Source: an uncultured Planctomycetaceae bacterium (lineage in GTDB: Bacteria; Planctomycetota; Planctomycetia; Pirellulales; PALSA-1355). From it: a stretch of DNA of 64,000 bases. The notes below the pieces were generated by a model that did not search any database, had not been told where the DNA came from, and worked only from the letters and a program-made list of their open reading frames with translations. The number at the start of each line of letters is the position of its first letter. Within the stretch, counting starts at the first letter, position 1. This document shows positions 53,068 to 64,000 of the stretch, in pieces. The DNA lies in assembly GCA_963785305.1 (NCBI GenBank), contig CAWAUV010000007.1:672001-736000 (forward strand), read 5' to 3'. A program made the translations under genes and the position numbers.

Positions 53068-54466
53068 ATGTTATTTCGAATCGCGTGTTTCGCGGTGTTG
53101 TTGGCTTCGTGGGGCATCGGCCGGCCGCCGCGCATTTTATTTGGGCCGAGCTTGCCGAAAGCCCCGGCGGCGAGCGGCAAGCGCGGCTTTACTTCGGCGA
53201 GGCGGCCTCGCCCGGCGATCAACATTTGATCGGCAAGATCGCGCGCGCCAAAGCCTGGACGCTCAGCCGCGACGGCGTCGCGATGCCCCTGGCGCTTGAA
53301 ACCAAGGTCGAAGGGGAAACCGGCGCGCTCGTGGGCGCGTGTCCGACGGCGAATCCGCTGGGCTGCGAAGCGGTGTGCGACTATGGCGTCTATACGCGGG
53401 CGCCCGGTGGCATGCATCTGCTTTACTACGCCAAATGCTTGTCGGCCGACTGGCCAAGCCAAAAGCCCGAGCTACTGACCGACTCCAAGCTTAAGCTCGA
53501 TATCCTGCCGAGCCTCGTCGGCGACAAACTCGAATTGCTGTTGATTTTCGATGGCCAGCCCGACGCCGATCGCGAAGTAGTGGTCTTCGATCCCTCGGGC
53601 GCCGAACAGATCATGAAAACCGACGCCCACGGCCGGGTATCGGTCACGGCCCGGAGTGGTCGCCATGCGATTCGCGCCGGGCATGTCGACCCGAAACAAA
53701 GCGGCACGCTCGACGGCGTGGCCTTTGGCCAAACTGCTTATTACTCCACGCTCACGCTGCGCGTGCCGGAGGCGAGCGCCGGCGCGGCCGCAAGCGCGAA
53801 CCTCGGCGCGAGCCCGTCACGGCCGCCGGCGGACACATCGCTCACGGCCAAGGAAATGCTGCGCCAGCGCGGCTGGCCCGCGCGGTGTGGCGAGACTTTC
53901 CAGGACTCACGGCCGATGTGGCGGTGCGCATGGGCGGTATCGATGTGGCCGGCAAACTGGCGCTCGACGCGAATGGCATTGTCGCGGTCGAAATGCCCGC
54001 CGGCCCCGCTCGCGACTGGGTCGAGACTCAGATCGCCTCGCTTGCCCAACATCGCATGCCCGATGGCGAGGTGGACACTGGCGAGGTTAGCTTCGCCGAC
54101 AACGACACCCAGCATCCGCTCGGCCGCCGCATCGACCTAGGCGATCCGAAACTGGGAAGCGTGTATCGGATTCGCGACAACGTGATCCGTGAAGTGAATC
54201 GCAATGCCGGCCCGATGCGATTCACGATCACGGTGCTCGATGTGACGTGGGACATCGACCAGAAATACTTACCGACCATATTCACGATGAACTTCTTCGA
54301 CGCCAAGAGCGGCGAGCTCAAAACCTCGACGGCCCATGTCAACCGCTGGGAGCGGCTGGGCGCGTTCGATGTGCCGACGTTGATTCTGGAGGTGGGCGCC
54401 GGCCATGACGCTCCATCGGCCCGCCAGATGACGCTCACCAACTACCGGCTCACGGAAAAGAAATAA
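53068..54466 (+). CDS. Exported DUF4198-like plus DUF3386 fusion protein; frameshifts near 53115 and 53870
   Basis: Signal peptide then AHFIW..LYFGE, YYAK, TDAHG; C-terminal WRDFPGLTADV..HPLG..YRIRD..VNR. Confidence 0.7.
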
Positions 54467-54548
54467 TCGCGCAGAAATTTCGCGAACAAATAGCCGAGAG
54501 CGACAGACGCACAGACGCCACGGCCCCAGGGTCTAGGCAAGAACAATC

Positions 54549-54631
54549 TTGGCCACGGAAACGCACTGAAGGAACACGGAGAGCTTAAGCAATGCCCGTT
54601 CCGTGTTCCTTCAGTGTTCTTCCGTGGCCAA
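54549..54631. repeat. Long palindrome (REP-like), likely also a terminator between convergent genes
   Basis: 32-bp arms TTGGCCACGGAA-acg-CACTGAAGGAACACGGA / TCCGTGTTCCTTCAGTG-ttc-TTCCGTGGCCAA with a 19-nt loop. Confidence 0.8.
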
Positions 54632-54688
54632 TGTTCTGTCGTTTTCGGGCCGGGTCGAGCCGTGCCGGGGGTTGGCCGGCCGACGCGA

Positions 54689-56796
54689 CTATTGCGGTAT
54701 CAGGTCGTCTTTCTCCAGGTCTTGGACCGTGGTCGCGCTGGGATCGCGTTGTTGGCGTCCGCTCGCGCCGCCGTGGGTGTGGCCGGCGTGGCCCTGGCCG
54801 CCGGGGCCGATCGCTTCGGTTCCGCTGGCCGAGCGGACTTTGCCGTCGACCAGTTTCTCGCCGGGCTTGCCGCCATGCATCACTCCGGTGATGAAGTTGT
54901 CGACGGCGGCCGAATCGCGCATTTTTTCGAATTGCTCGCCCATGGCGAGTCGCTGTTTCTTTTCCTTGAGATCATTGTAGATCTCTTGCCGCACTTCGCT
55001 GAACAGAACGTTTTGCGGCGTGGTGCGGCCTTCGCAGTAGAGAATCACGAAGTTGGCGCCGGTTTGAATAATGGCCGACATCTGGCCCGGCTCGAGTTTG
55101 AACGCCTCTTTTTCCAGCAGTGGCTGCCCGCCATATCGTTGAATCGGCGGCACATCGCCCTTAAGCGCCCGGCTATTGGCTTCGATCGAGTAGTTTTCGG
55201 CCAGCTTGCCGAAGTATTCGGCTGTCGGATTGTTGCGCGCCTTTTCCCACACTTCTTGCGCTTGCGCTGGTTCGAGAGCACGATCGCCTTCACCCGCACC
55301 CGCGGCCCGAAGTTGGCCTCGAAGCCCTTTTTCAAATCTTCGTCGCTCACTTCGGGCGCGCCGACGATCTTCTTGAGCGCCACCGACGGCCATACCTGAT
55401 CTTGAATATAGATTTGCGGGGTGATGTCTTGCTGCTTGGTGATGTAATCAAGCCAGCCCTCGACATCGGGCACGCCCGGCTTAAGCACCTTGCCCATCGA
55501 AAGCGCGGCGCGGGCGATCTCGCCGTCGATATCGGCCTTGGTCACTTCCTTGTTCGCCTTGCGCAGCGACTGCTCGACGATGCGACGATTGATGAGTCCC
55601 TCGAGCACCTCGGGTCCGTGGCGCTCGATGCACTCGTCGGTCAGGTCCGCCATTGAAATCTGCCGGCCATTGACGATCGCCGCCACGCCGGGCATTTGCT
55701 TGCTTTTGACCGAATCGGAAAATACTTCTTGAATTACCGATTGTTCGCGCAGCTTCTTGAAGAGCGACATGCCCGCGGCGCGGGTCTTTCGCTCGCGCAG
55801 GGCGGCTTCGAGCATGCCGTCGATCTTGGTCCGATCGTCAACGCGCACCGCCGGGACTTGCCCCTCGCACATGAGAATCACATACATCTCGCCCACCGGC
55901 ACCAGCGGCGACACCTCGCCCTCTTTGAGCCGAAACGCCACATCTTCCAATATCTTGTCGCCCACATGATGCCGAATCGGTTGCACCAGGCCATTGGCGC
56001 TCGCGCTGTTCACGTCCTCGGAATACTTGCGGGCCAGGGCGCCAAACTCCTCGGGCTGGGCCCGCGCCTGGGCGAGCACCGAGCGAGCCTTTTTCTCGTC
56101 GCTGATGGCGATCAGGCGCACTTTGACCGCCGGGCCGAACTCGCTCTGAAAACCTTGCTCGATCTCGGCCTTGGTGACCACGAGTTCGGACTGCGCCACC
56201 TTTTTGAGCGCCAGAAGTGGCCAGATCACATCGTTGCCGTATTGCCGCGGTTTCACGCCGCGCTCTTTTTCGAGCATCTTGAGCCATTGGTCCGTGGGCA
56301 GTTGAAATTGCTTGGCCAAGCGATCGATCTCGGCTTGAACCTCTTGGGCCGTCACGGTGACATGCAAGCGCTCGCAGTGCTCGACGATCAATTCCTTGCT
56401 CACCAGACCATCGAGTGTTTCGTTGCCGTAGTGGGCCAGACATTCCTTGCCCAACTCGGCGCACGTGATCTCATCGCGATTCACAATCGCCACCACGCGC
56501 AGCTTCGACTCGGGCGCGGGGCCAAACGGCTTGCCGCTGACGGCGGTGGTCGCGGCCGCCGGGGCGGCTGGCGTCGATTTGGCAGCCGCCTTGCCCGCGG
56601 TGGCGGTTCGCTTGGGAAGCAATTGCGCCCAGAGCGGCGAGGCGCCGAGTGTCAGGCCCACGGCGAGCAGCGACGCGATCGATCGCCGGAGAAACCGGCC
56701 GCCGCGCGATGTCGCCCGGGGGCGGCGTCGGGGGCCGCCGGCCCGGCGAGCCGGATCGTGGCCGGAGGATTCGATCCCGCGTAGCGCACGCGACAA
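54689..56796 (-). CDS. Exported peptidyl-prolyl isomerase/foldase with two SurA/parvulin modules; frameshift near 55260
   Basis: VAIVNRDEIT, FGALARKYSED..SA..G; second module AIVNGRQIS, FGKLAENYSIE..S...GDVPPI, AFKLEPGQMS. Confidence 0.88.
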
Positions 56797-57132
56797 ACAT
56801 TACTCATGGCGCCTTCTCCCCTCATCCTTGAAGGAGCCCGCCGGGTTGGGCGCGGTATCGCGTTTCCCCCGGTCGTGGCCCGAGATTCGATAAACGACGG
56901 CTCCGCCATCGCCGCGCGGCCCATCGAAAACATCGGGGGCCACGGCTCGTTTCGCGCGCGAACTATAGAGTTGCTGGCAATGGGCGTCAAGACGAAGTGA
57001 TAGCGAGCCTCCACTCGGCCCACGAGTCCTGGGCGTTGCGTGCTAGCAAATCTTCTTTTCCCTGGGCGAGATCGGGGCGCGGGGCAAAAACGCGTCGGGG
57101 GCGCCACGCCTCCTTGGCGTATTCCTCATGCG

Positions 57133-57180
57133 AAAAAAGATGCCGCGGCCCGGAGCCCCATGGCTCCGAACCGCGGCATT
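57133..57180 (-). terminator. Intrinsic terminator of amtB
   Basis: Stem ATGCCGCGG..CGGAGCC/GGCTCCG..CCGCGGCAT followed on the minus strand by CTTTTTT. Confidence 0.8.
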
Positions 57181-57213
57181 CGATTGTTTAGCATGACGAC
57201 TCGCTAGGAAGCG

Positions 57214-58815
57214 TCACACGAAAATGTAGCCTTCTTCGCCGTGTTGGCTGATGTCCAAGCCTTCCATTTCGGCGGCTTGCGACGGACGGAGCCCGATCAC
57301 GACATCGATCACCTTCAGAATGATGACCGTGCAAACGATCGCGTAGCCCCAAGTAATGGCGGTGGCGATCAATTGGCCCTTGAGGAGCGAGCCGCCCTCG
57401 AGCAGTCCGATCGGATCGGTCACGAGCTTGCCATTGGCGGCCACGCTGCCGATGGCTCGCGTGGCGAACACGCCGGTAAGAATGGCGCCCAAGGTTCCGC
57501 CGACTCCGTGAACGCCGAAGGCGTCGAGCGAGTCGTCGTAGCCGAGCTTGTTCTTCATGGTCGACGAGGTAAAGGCACAGAGGGAGCCCGCGACGAGACC
57601 CATGTAGATCGCGTTCATCGGCGTCACATATCCGGCGGCCGGAGTGATGACCACGAGCCCGGCCACGGCGCCCGAGGCGGCGCCGAGCACGGTGGGCTTG
57701 CCCTTGAGAATCCATTCGTAACCGGCCCACGAGAGCGTGGCGGCGGCGGCGGCGAAATGGGTGGCGGCGAAGGCGCTGGAGGCCACGCCATCGGCCGCGC
57801 CGGCGCTACCGGCGTTGAAGCCGAACCACCCCACCCACAAGAGCGCGGCGCCCAAAAGGGTGTAGGTCAGGTTATGCGGAGGCATCGGTTCGACGCCGTA
57901 GCCCAATCGCTTGCCCATGAGCAGGGCGGCGATCAAGGCCGACACGCCCGAACTGATATGCACGACCGTGCCACCGGCGAAATCGAGCGCACCGCCACCG
58001 AAGGCGAATTCGCTGCCGTAGGCCAGAACACCACCACCCCAAACCCAGTGGCAGAGCGGAAGGTAGACGATCGTTCCCCAGAGAATCGAAAACACGACCA
58101 TGGCGCTGAACTTCATCCGCTCGGCGAAGGCGCCGCAGATCAGGCCCGGCGTGATGATGAAGAACATGAGCTGAAACAGCATGTGCGAATACACCGGAAT
58201 ATTCAGCGCCGCATGCAGCGGAATCTCGGCCTTGCCCGGATCATCGCCCACCGAGGCCAAGTCGTCTTGGGCCCATTTGAGCTTGTCGGCCAGGGGCGGT
58301 TTCTTGGCGGCGTCTTTTTCGTCGTCGAGCGCTTTCTTGGCGTCGTCGACGCGGGCTTGGAACGTTTCCTTGGTGACGAACTCGGCGCTAACGCCCTTCA
58401 TGAACAGGAAATCGCCTCCGCCGATCCAGCCGTCTTTCGTCGCGCCAAATCCAAGCGAGTAGCCGTAGAGCGCCCAAATGACGCTCATGAGGCCCATCAA
58501 GAAGAAGCACTGCATCAAGATACTGAGCACGTTTTTCTTCCGCACCAAGCCGCCATAAAACATGGCCAAGCCCGGCGCGGTCATCATCAGCACCAAGGCG
58601 CTTGATGTGAGCATCCAGGCATTGTCGCCACGATCGATCGTCCGCGGCGGAGTGCCGGTCGGGCTTACCTCGGGCACAACCCCGGGCGACTCGGCCACGG
58701 CCGTGGTGGTCGCGGGCTCTTGCTGTGCTTGGGCCGGCCGCGTTGCCAGCAGGGCGCAGGCGCCCAGCGCAAGCGCGAAAATTCCGATTCGAAACCAAGA
58801 AACGTGTGAGTTCAT
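57214..58815 (-). CDS. amtB: Ammonium transporter
   Basis: PGLAMFYGGLVRKKN, FQLMFFIITP, GAFAERMKF, DFAGGTVVH, WVGWFGFNAGS, DDSLDAFGVHG. Both pore His residues are present. Confidence 0.97.
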   Translation of the reverse strand: MNSHVSWFRIGIFALALGACALLATRPAQAQQEPATTTAVAESPGVVPEVSPTGTPPRTIDRGDNAWMLTSSALVLMMTAPGLAMFYGGLVRKKNVLSILMQCFFLMGLMSVIWALYGYSLGFGATKDGWIGGGDFLFMKGVSAEFVTKETFQARVDDAKKALDDEKDAAKKPPLADKLKWAQDDLASVGDDPGKAEIPLHAALNIPVYSHMLFQLMFFIITPGLICGAFAERMKFSAMVVFSILWGTIVYLPLCHWVWGGGVLAYGSEFAFGGGALDFAGGTVVHISSGVSALIAALLMGKRLGYGVEPMPPHNLTYTLLGAALLWVGWFGFNAGSAGAADGVASSAFAATHFAAAAATLSWAGYEWILKGKPTVLGAASGAVAGLVVITPAAGYVTPMNAIYMGLVAGSLCAFTSSTMKNKLGYDDSLDAFGVHGVGGTLGAILTGVFATRAIGSVAANGKLVTDPIGLLEGGSLLKGQLIATAITWGYAIVCTVIILKVIDVVIGLRPSQAAEMEGLDISQHGEEGYIFV

Positions 58816-59326
58816 TCGAGCCTGCCTTTCATGGACAAAATAAAAACGCATGACCTAGATGCAAAAACGGGTTCAACGATTCACCGGCCTCGAAAGAACG
58901 TGTCACTTTCTTCCCGCACCGCCACGATCTCGACGTCGACGCCATTCGAGCCGTGTGTTTCCAAGACGCGACGGCCGCTCCCGTAAGAGCGCTGGCGAGC
59001 TTGGCGACAACGGCATTGAACATCGTTTTCCGTGGAGATCGAACGTCAAACTTGTGAGAATCGACTGCAACAAGCCCTCGCCGGCCTGATCAAAACACGA
59101 AGCAACTCGCGACGCGCGAAAACCTTGGCGACGCAATTCCCGACCAAACAGGCCATCGTCGCGCCGACGACCTGGGGTTTCGCGAGGTAAGATATCCGCC
59201 TGCGGGCCGACCGACTCGACGGCTCGGGTCAGGCCAGGGAAGCCCCCCCATTGCCACGATCCGCATCCCGCTTCTCGCCAAACCCGGGGATGAGCGAGTC
59301 GTGCGGCCAAAGTTCGGCACGCATTT

Positions 59327-59342
59327 AGCAAAAACGGCGCCA
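59327..59342 (-). promoter_or_regulatory. Candidate sigma-54 (-24/-12) promoter facing amtB
   Basis: Minus strand TGGCGC-CGTTT-TTGCT with exact GG-N10-GC spacing, ~500 bp upstream of the amtB start. Confidence 0.5.
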
Positions 59343-59592
59343 TGCCGTCCGGGCGTTTCCCAAACTGCAAATCACCCCTTTTTTTCCGACAAAAGCGGAA
59401 TTCCCCGATTGAGGGGTTCCCGATTCAAGCCCGGCCGGATGCAATTTGCTGGCGCCCGACGCCTAGTTGCGCTGCAGGCCCCCCGGGTTTGTGTAGTGCT
59501 CGGCCCGGTCGGCGCCCAAGCATGGGCGCCCCCCGAGCGGCGGCGCAACCCGCAACTCCGATGTTCACCGCCCCTCTTGAAGAAACGGCTCC

Positions 59593-61700
59593 ATGTCCGA
59601 ATCCCATCGCTTTCTCGAAACTCTCACGATCGTGTTGCTGATGGCCGCCGGCGCCACGGTGCTCTTTCAGCGGCTCAAGCAGCCAATCGTGCTTGGCTAC
59701 CTGTTGGCCGGCATGATCATCGGCCCCAACATTCCCGTGCCGGTGGAAGCCGACCATGGCGTGGTCGAATCGCTCTCCGAACTGGGCGTGATTCTGCTGA
59801 TGTTTTCGCTTGGCATCGAGTTCAGTTTCCGCAAGCTGCTGCGCGTGGGCGCCACCGCCGGTATCGTCGCGCTCATCGAAACGAGTTTCATGGTCTGGCT
59901 CGGATATCTCGTCACGCGCTCGCTCGGCTGGTCGCCACTGGAGAGCTTCTATGGTGGCGCGATGGTCGCGATTTCGAGCACCACGATCATTGTCAAAGCG
60001 TTTGCCGAACAGCGGATGCGCGAGCCTTTTACCCAGATCGTGCTCGGGGTGCTGATCTTCGAGGACCTGGTGGCCATTTTGCTCATCACCGTGCTCACCG
60101 CCGTTTCGACCGGCGAAAAGCTCGATGCCCGCGCCTTGGCCTGGACCGGAGGACGCTTGGCCCTCTTTCTTGGCTTGGCGGTGATCGTGGGCCTGGCGAT
60201 CGCGCCGCGACTGCTGCGGATGATCGTCGGCTTGCGTCGGCCCGAGACCACGGTCGTGGCGAGCGTGGGCCTGGCCTTCGGCTTTGCCCTCGTGGCCATG
60301 CTCTGCAACTACTCGGTCGCGCTGGGGGCCTTTATCGCCGGGGGCATCGTGGCGCTCTCGGGCGTCGACCACACGATTCAGCGGCTCGTCGAGCCGGTGC
60401 GCGATATCTTTGCTGCCGTGTTCTTCGTGTCGGTCGGCATGCTGATCGATCCGGCTCAAATCGCCGAGCACTGGGTGGCGGTGCTCGCGCTGGTGGCGAC
60501 CGTGATTCTCGGCAAGACCGTCAGCGTATCGGCCGCCACCTTTCTCACTGGGCAGCCGATCGAAACCGCCGTGAAAGCCGGGCTCAGCCAAACCCAGATC
60601 GGCGAGTTCTCCTTTATCATCGCCGGCGTGGGCATCGCCACCGGCGCGACGCGGGAATTTCTCTATCCGGTGGCGGTCGCGGTGTCGGCGCTCACCACGC
60701 TCTCGACGCCGCTGCTCATCCGCTCCGGTGCGCCAGTCGCGAAGCTGATCGATCGCAAGCTGCCCCGGCCGCTCCAAACGTTCGCCGCGCTCTACGGCGC
60801 ATGGATCGAGCAGCTTCGCATCGGAGTGACTTATCGCGGAGAACCGACTCGGCTGCGAACGCTCATTCGCTGGCTGGCGGCCGATGCGATGCTGGTCGCC
60901 GCCATCACGATCGCCGGCGCCACGCAATTTCCGCGGCTCGATGAGTTCGTGCGCCGCTGGTCGGGGCTTCGGCCCGAAGCCGGGCGCAATCTGGCGATCG
61001 GGCTGATCGCCGCAGCCACGATTCCCTTTTGGATCGGCATGATCCGCACCACGCGCTCGCTAGGGCTCGAGTTGGCCGACCGCGCGCTCCCGCCGCCGCA
61101 GCCCGGCAAGGTGGACTTGGCCAATTCCGCCCGGCGGTTGTTCGTGGTCACGCTCCAACTCACGATCGCGGTGTTGGTCGGCGCGCCGCTGGTGGCGATC
61201 ACGCAGCCGTTTCTGCCGCTGCCACACGCCGGCGGGGCGGCGCTGTTCGCCGTCGTTGGCCTGGCGCTTGTGCCGCTCTGGCGCAGAGCGACCAATCTGC
61301 AAGGCCATGTCACGGCCGCCAGCCAACTGATCGCCGAAACGCTCTCGCGCAAACGCGCGACGACTCGCAGCCTTCTAGCGATCAGATGCCGAATCTTTCG
61401 ACCACCGTGGCCCGAGCGCTCGATCCGGCCCAGAGCCTGCTGCTCGGCATCGGCGCATGCTCGCATGCCACGATCCTGCCCCACACGGCGGCGGCGGGCA
61501 AATCGCTGGCCGAGCTCAACATCCGCGGACTCACCGGGGCCACGGTGCTGGCGATCCGGCGCGGCGACAACACGCTCCGCATTCCCGATGGAAAGCAACG
61601 CATTGCCGAGGGCGACGATCTGGTGCTGGCCGGCGCTCAAGAAGCGATCGAAGCCGCCAAGTCGCTGCTCACGGCGCCGGCAACGCCGCAAGCAACGTGA
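59593..61700 (+). CDS. CPA2-family cation:proton antiporter with C-terminal TrkA-C (RCK_C) domain; frameshift near 61350
   Basis: LGYLLAGMIIGP, ELGVILLMFSLGIEFS, SSTTII, LIFEDL, QIGEFSFIIA; C-terminal GKSLAELNIRGLTGATVLAIRRG in the 61029..61700 frame. Confidence 0.92.
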
Positions 61701-61746
61701 AACGTCTCGCGACCGCTTGCGGCCTGCCGCATATTTCAGCACCCTG

Positions 61747-62786
61747 CTAGGCCGAAGCGAGCTGCCGCCCGGGCGAGATCGACTTGCCCAAAACCTCGGC
61801 CACGGCGCGAATCTGGCGGACCAGTTCGGCATACTGCTCGGGCAAGAGCGCTTGCGGACCGTCGGACATCGCCTCTTCCGGACAATTATGCACTTCGATA
61901 TGCACGCCATCGGCCCCGGCCGCCACTCCGGCCAGCGCGCAAGCCGGAATCAGATCGGGTCGGCCGGTCGCATGGCTCGGGTCGACGATAATCGGCAAGT
62001 GCGAGAGCGCCTTGGTCGCCGGCACGGCCGCCACGTCGAACAGGTTGCGCGTCGATGAATCGAAACTCTTCACGCCGCGCTCGCAAAGCACGACATCGGA
62101 ATTCCCTTGCGAGAGAATGTACTCGGCGCTCATCAGCAGATCGACCACCGTGGCGCTCATGCCGCGCTTGAGCAGCACCGGCTTGCGAGTCTGGCCGACC
62201 TCGGTGAGCAATACGAAATTCTGCATGTTGCGGGCGCCGATCTGAATCATGTCGGCATAGCGTTCGACGACTTCCACGCGCCGGGGATCCATGACTTCGG
62301 TGACCACCGGGAGACCGTGTTTATCGCCGACTTCGCGCAGGATTTTGAGGCCCTCCTCGCCCATGCCTTGATAGGCGTAGGGACTGGTGCGGGGCTTGTA
62401 CGCGCCGCCGCGCAGGATATTGGCGCCCGCCGCCTTGACGGCGCCGGCGATGATGTCGAGCCGGTCAGCGCCTTCGATCGCGCAGGGCCCGGCGATCATC
62501 GCCAGATGGCCGCCGCCGATCTTCACGCCCGACACATCGACGATGCTCGGGGCCGGATGGGCCTCATGGCTGGCGAGCTTGTAGGGCGGCAACACCGGAA
62601 TCACATCGGCCACGCCTTGAATGGCCTTGAGCGGCGCGCGCGCAGTTCGGCTTCGTCGCCGATCACGCCGATGATCGTGCGGTAGGTGCCGCGGCTCAGA
62701 TGCGCCTTGAGGCCCAGCGATTCCACGCGCTTGACGACATGTTCGATTTGTTCATCGGTGGCGCCCGACTTGAGAATGATAATCAT
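61747..62786 (-). CDS. aroF: DAHP synthase class I-beta with N-terminal regulatory domain; frameshift near 62630
   Basis: MIIILK...[49 protein letters not shown]. Confidence 0.95.
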
Positions 62787-62896
62787 GGGGAATCGTGGCT
62801 CCTGGGCGGCGAATCGCTCGCCGGGTGGGTTCGGTTCGTAAAAATGAATGTTCGGCGCGAGCGCGGCAAACCGGCCGACGGCGAGGCGCTCATTCC

Positions 62897-64000
62897 TCAG
62901 TCGATCGGCGCGAGCTTGGCGTAGGAGCCGAGAACTTCGAGCCGCACCGCCTTGCGCTCGAGCGCCGCGATCGCCTTGCTCACGCGGCTATCGCGCTCGT
63001 GGCCCTCGACCTCGACAAAAAACAAATAGCCTCCCTCGGGCCGAGCCATGGGAAACGACTCGATCCAAGTCAGGTTCAGTCGATTGCGTTTGAAGATCGC
63101 CATCGCGTCGGCCAGGCTGCCGGGCTGGTGGCGAATCTCGAACATCAGCGCCGTTTTGTCTTTTCCGGTGCGGGCGCCCGATTCATCGCCGATCACGGCG
63201 AACCGGGTGAGATTGCCCTGCTGATCTTCGATGCTGGCTGCCAACACGCTCAGTCCATAATGCGTGCCGGCTTGCACGCTGGCAATGGCCGCGGCGCCCG
63301 GTTTTTCTTGGGCAAGCTGGGCGGCGGTCGAGGTGCTGGTCACTTCCACCAGTCGCGCCAGCGGCATGTGCTTGGCCAGCCAATGCCGGCACTGTGAAAG
63401 CGCCTGCGGCTTGCTATAGATTTCCCGCACTTCGTCGCGAGTCGTGCGGCCGAGCAGATTGTGATGAATCCGCAATTGCACCTCGCCGCAGATTCTCACC
63501 CGCAGCCGGGCAAACATGTCGAGCGTGTCGGCCACGCGGCCATCGGTCGAGTTTTCGATCGGCGCAATTCCAAAATCGACCTGATGCCGGTTCACCTCCT
63601 CGAACACCGCGCCAATGCTGCCCACCGGCACGAACTCGACGCTTTGTCCAAACCGATGGATCGCCGCCAAGTGGCTGTAGCTATGCGGCGGCCCGAGATA
63701 CGCCACCCGCAAATGCTTCTCGAGCGCCCGGGAACCGCTGATCAACTCGCGGAACACATTGCGCACACAGGTTTCGCCAAGCGGCCCTTCGCTCAGCGCC
63801 ACGACTCGGGCCAGCACCTCATCCTCGCGCAGCGGCGCGTAGGCGCACATGCCCGCGTGGTCCTTGAGCTTGCCGATCTCATGCGCGACCTGGGCCCGAT
63901 CGTTCATCAATCGGACCAGGGCCTGATCGATGCGGTCGATCTTTCCCCGCAACGTGGCCAGCGACGGCATTCGGGCGGCGGAGTCTTTCTTGGTGACCTT
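62897..64000 (-). CDS. pheA: Chorismate mutase/prephenate dehydratase (P-protein); frame open to the window edge
   Basis: [11 protein letters not shown] domain, [27 protein letters not shown] domain NLTWIESFP. Confidence 0.95.
   Translation of the reverse strand, partial: KVTKKDSAARMPSLATLRGKIDRIDQALVRLMNDRAQVAHEIGKLKDHAGMCAYAPLREDEVLARVVALSEGPLGETCVRNVFRELISGSRALEKHLRVAYLGPPHSYSHLAAIHRFGQSVEFVPVGSIGAVFEEVNRHQVDFGIAPIENSTDGRVADTLDMFARLRVRICGEVQLRIHHNLLGRTTRDEVREIYSKPQALSQCRHWLAKHMPLARLVEVTSTSTAAQLAQEKPGAAAIASVQAGTHYGLSVLAASIEDQQGNLTRFAVIGDESGARTGKDKTALMFEIRHQPGSLADAMAIFKRNRLNLTWIESFPMARPEGGYLFFVEVEGHERDSRVSKAIAALERKAVRLEVLGSYAKLAPID

Noticed and set aside
1..64000. Mass pseudogenisation or programmed frameshifting in ~18 genes
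   Set aside because: Core genes (argH, glmU, aroF) are hit with motifs intact and no shared slippery sequence was evident; sequencing indels are the simpler explanation.

Overview
GC-rich chromosomal window from what is very probably a Planctomycete (Pirellulales-like). Supporting markers are two DUF1559 prepilin-like genes, a BBP7-type beta-barrel, a PVC-type CxxCH protein, a giant surface protein with the planctomycete LE.R..LA leader and three Tat-exported Gfo/Idh/MocA oxidoreductases. Housekeeping genes (argH, hemA, ispG, prs, glmU-N, dapF, def, amtB, aroF, pheA, tRNA-Arg-CCT) are interleaved with lineage-specific envelope genes. About 18 genes, including core ones, are split by single-base frameshifts, which look like long-read indel errors rather than pseudogenes. 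No CRISPR array, prophage, transposase or defence system is recognisable. The most unusual signals are: (i) two families of short non-autonomous repeats stacked at TCAG sites that coincide with CCC-TGA gene ends; (ii) an 18-bp VNTR that multiplies the prepilin G|F cleavage motif; (iii) a HEAT protein with a His-for-Asp pseudo-receiver next to a sensor-less sigma54 activator and heme genes; (iv) a 2580-aa Ig-repeat adhesin with hierarchical, mosaic repeats beside a BBP7 barrel; (v) a coupled pair of DUF697-type GTPases; (vi) two small proteins missed by the ORF track. Family assignments come from motif recognition only; no searches were run.
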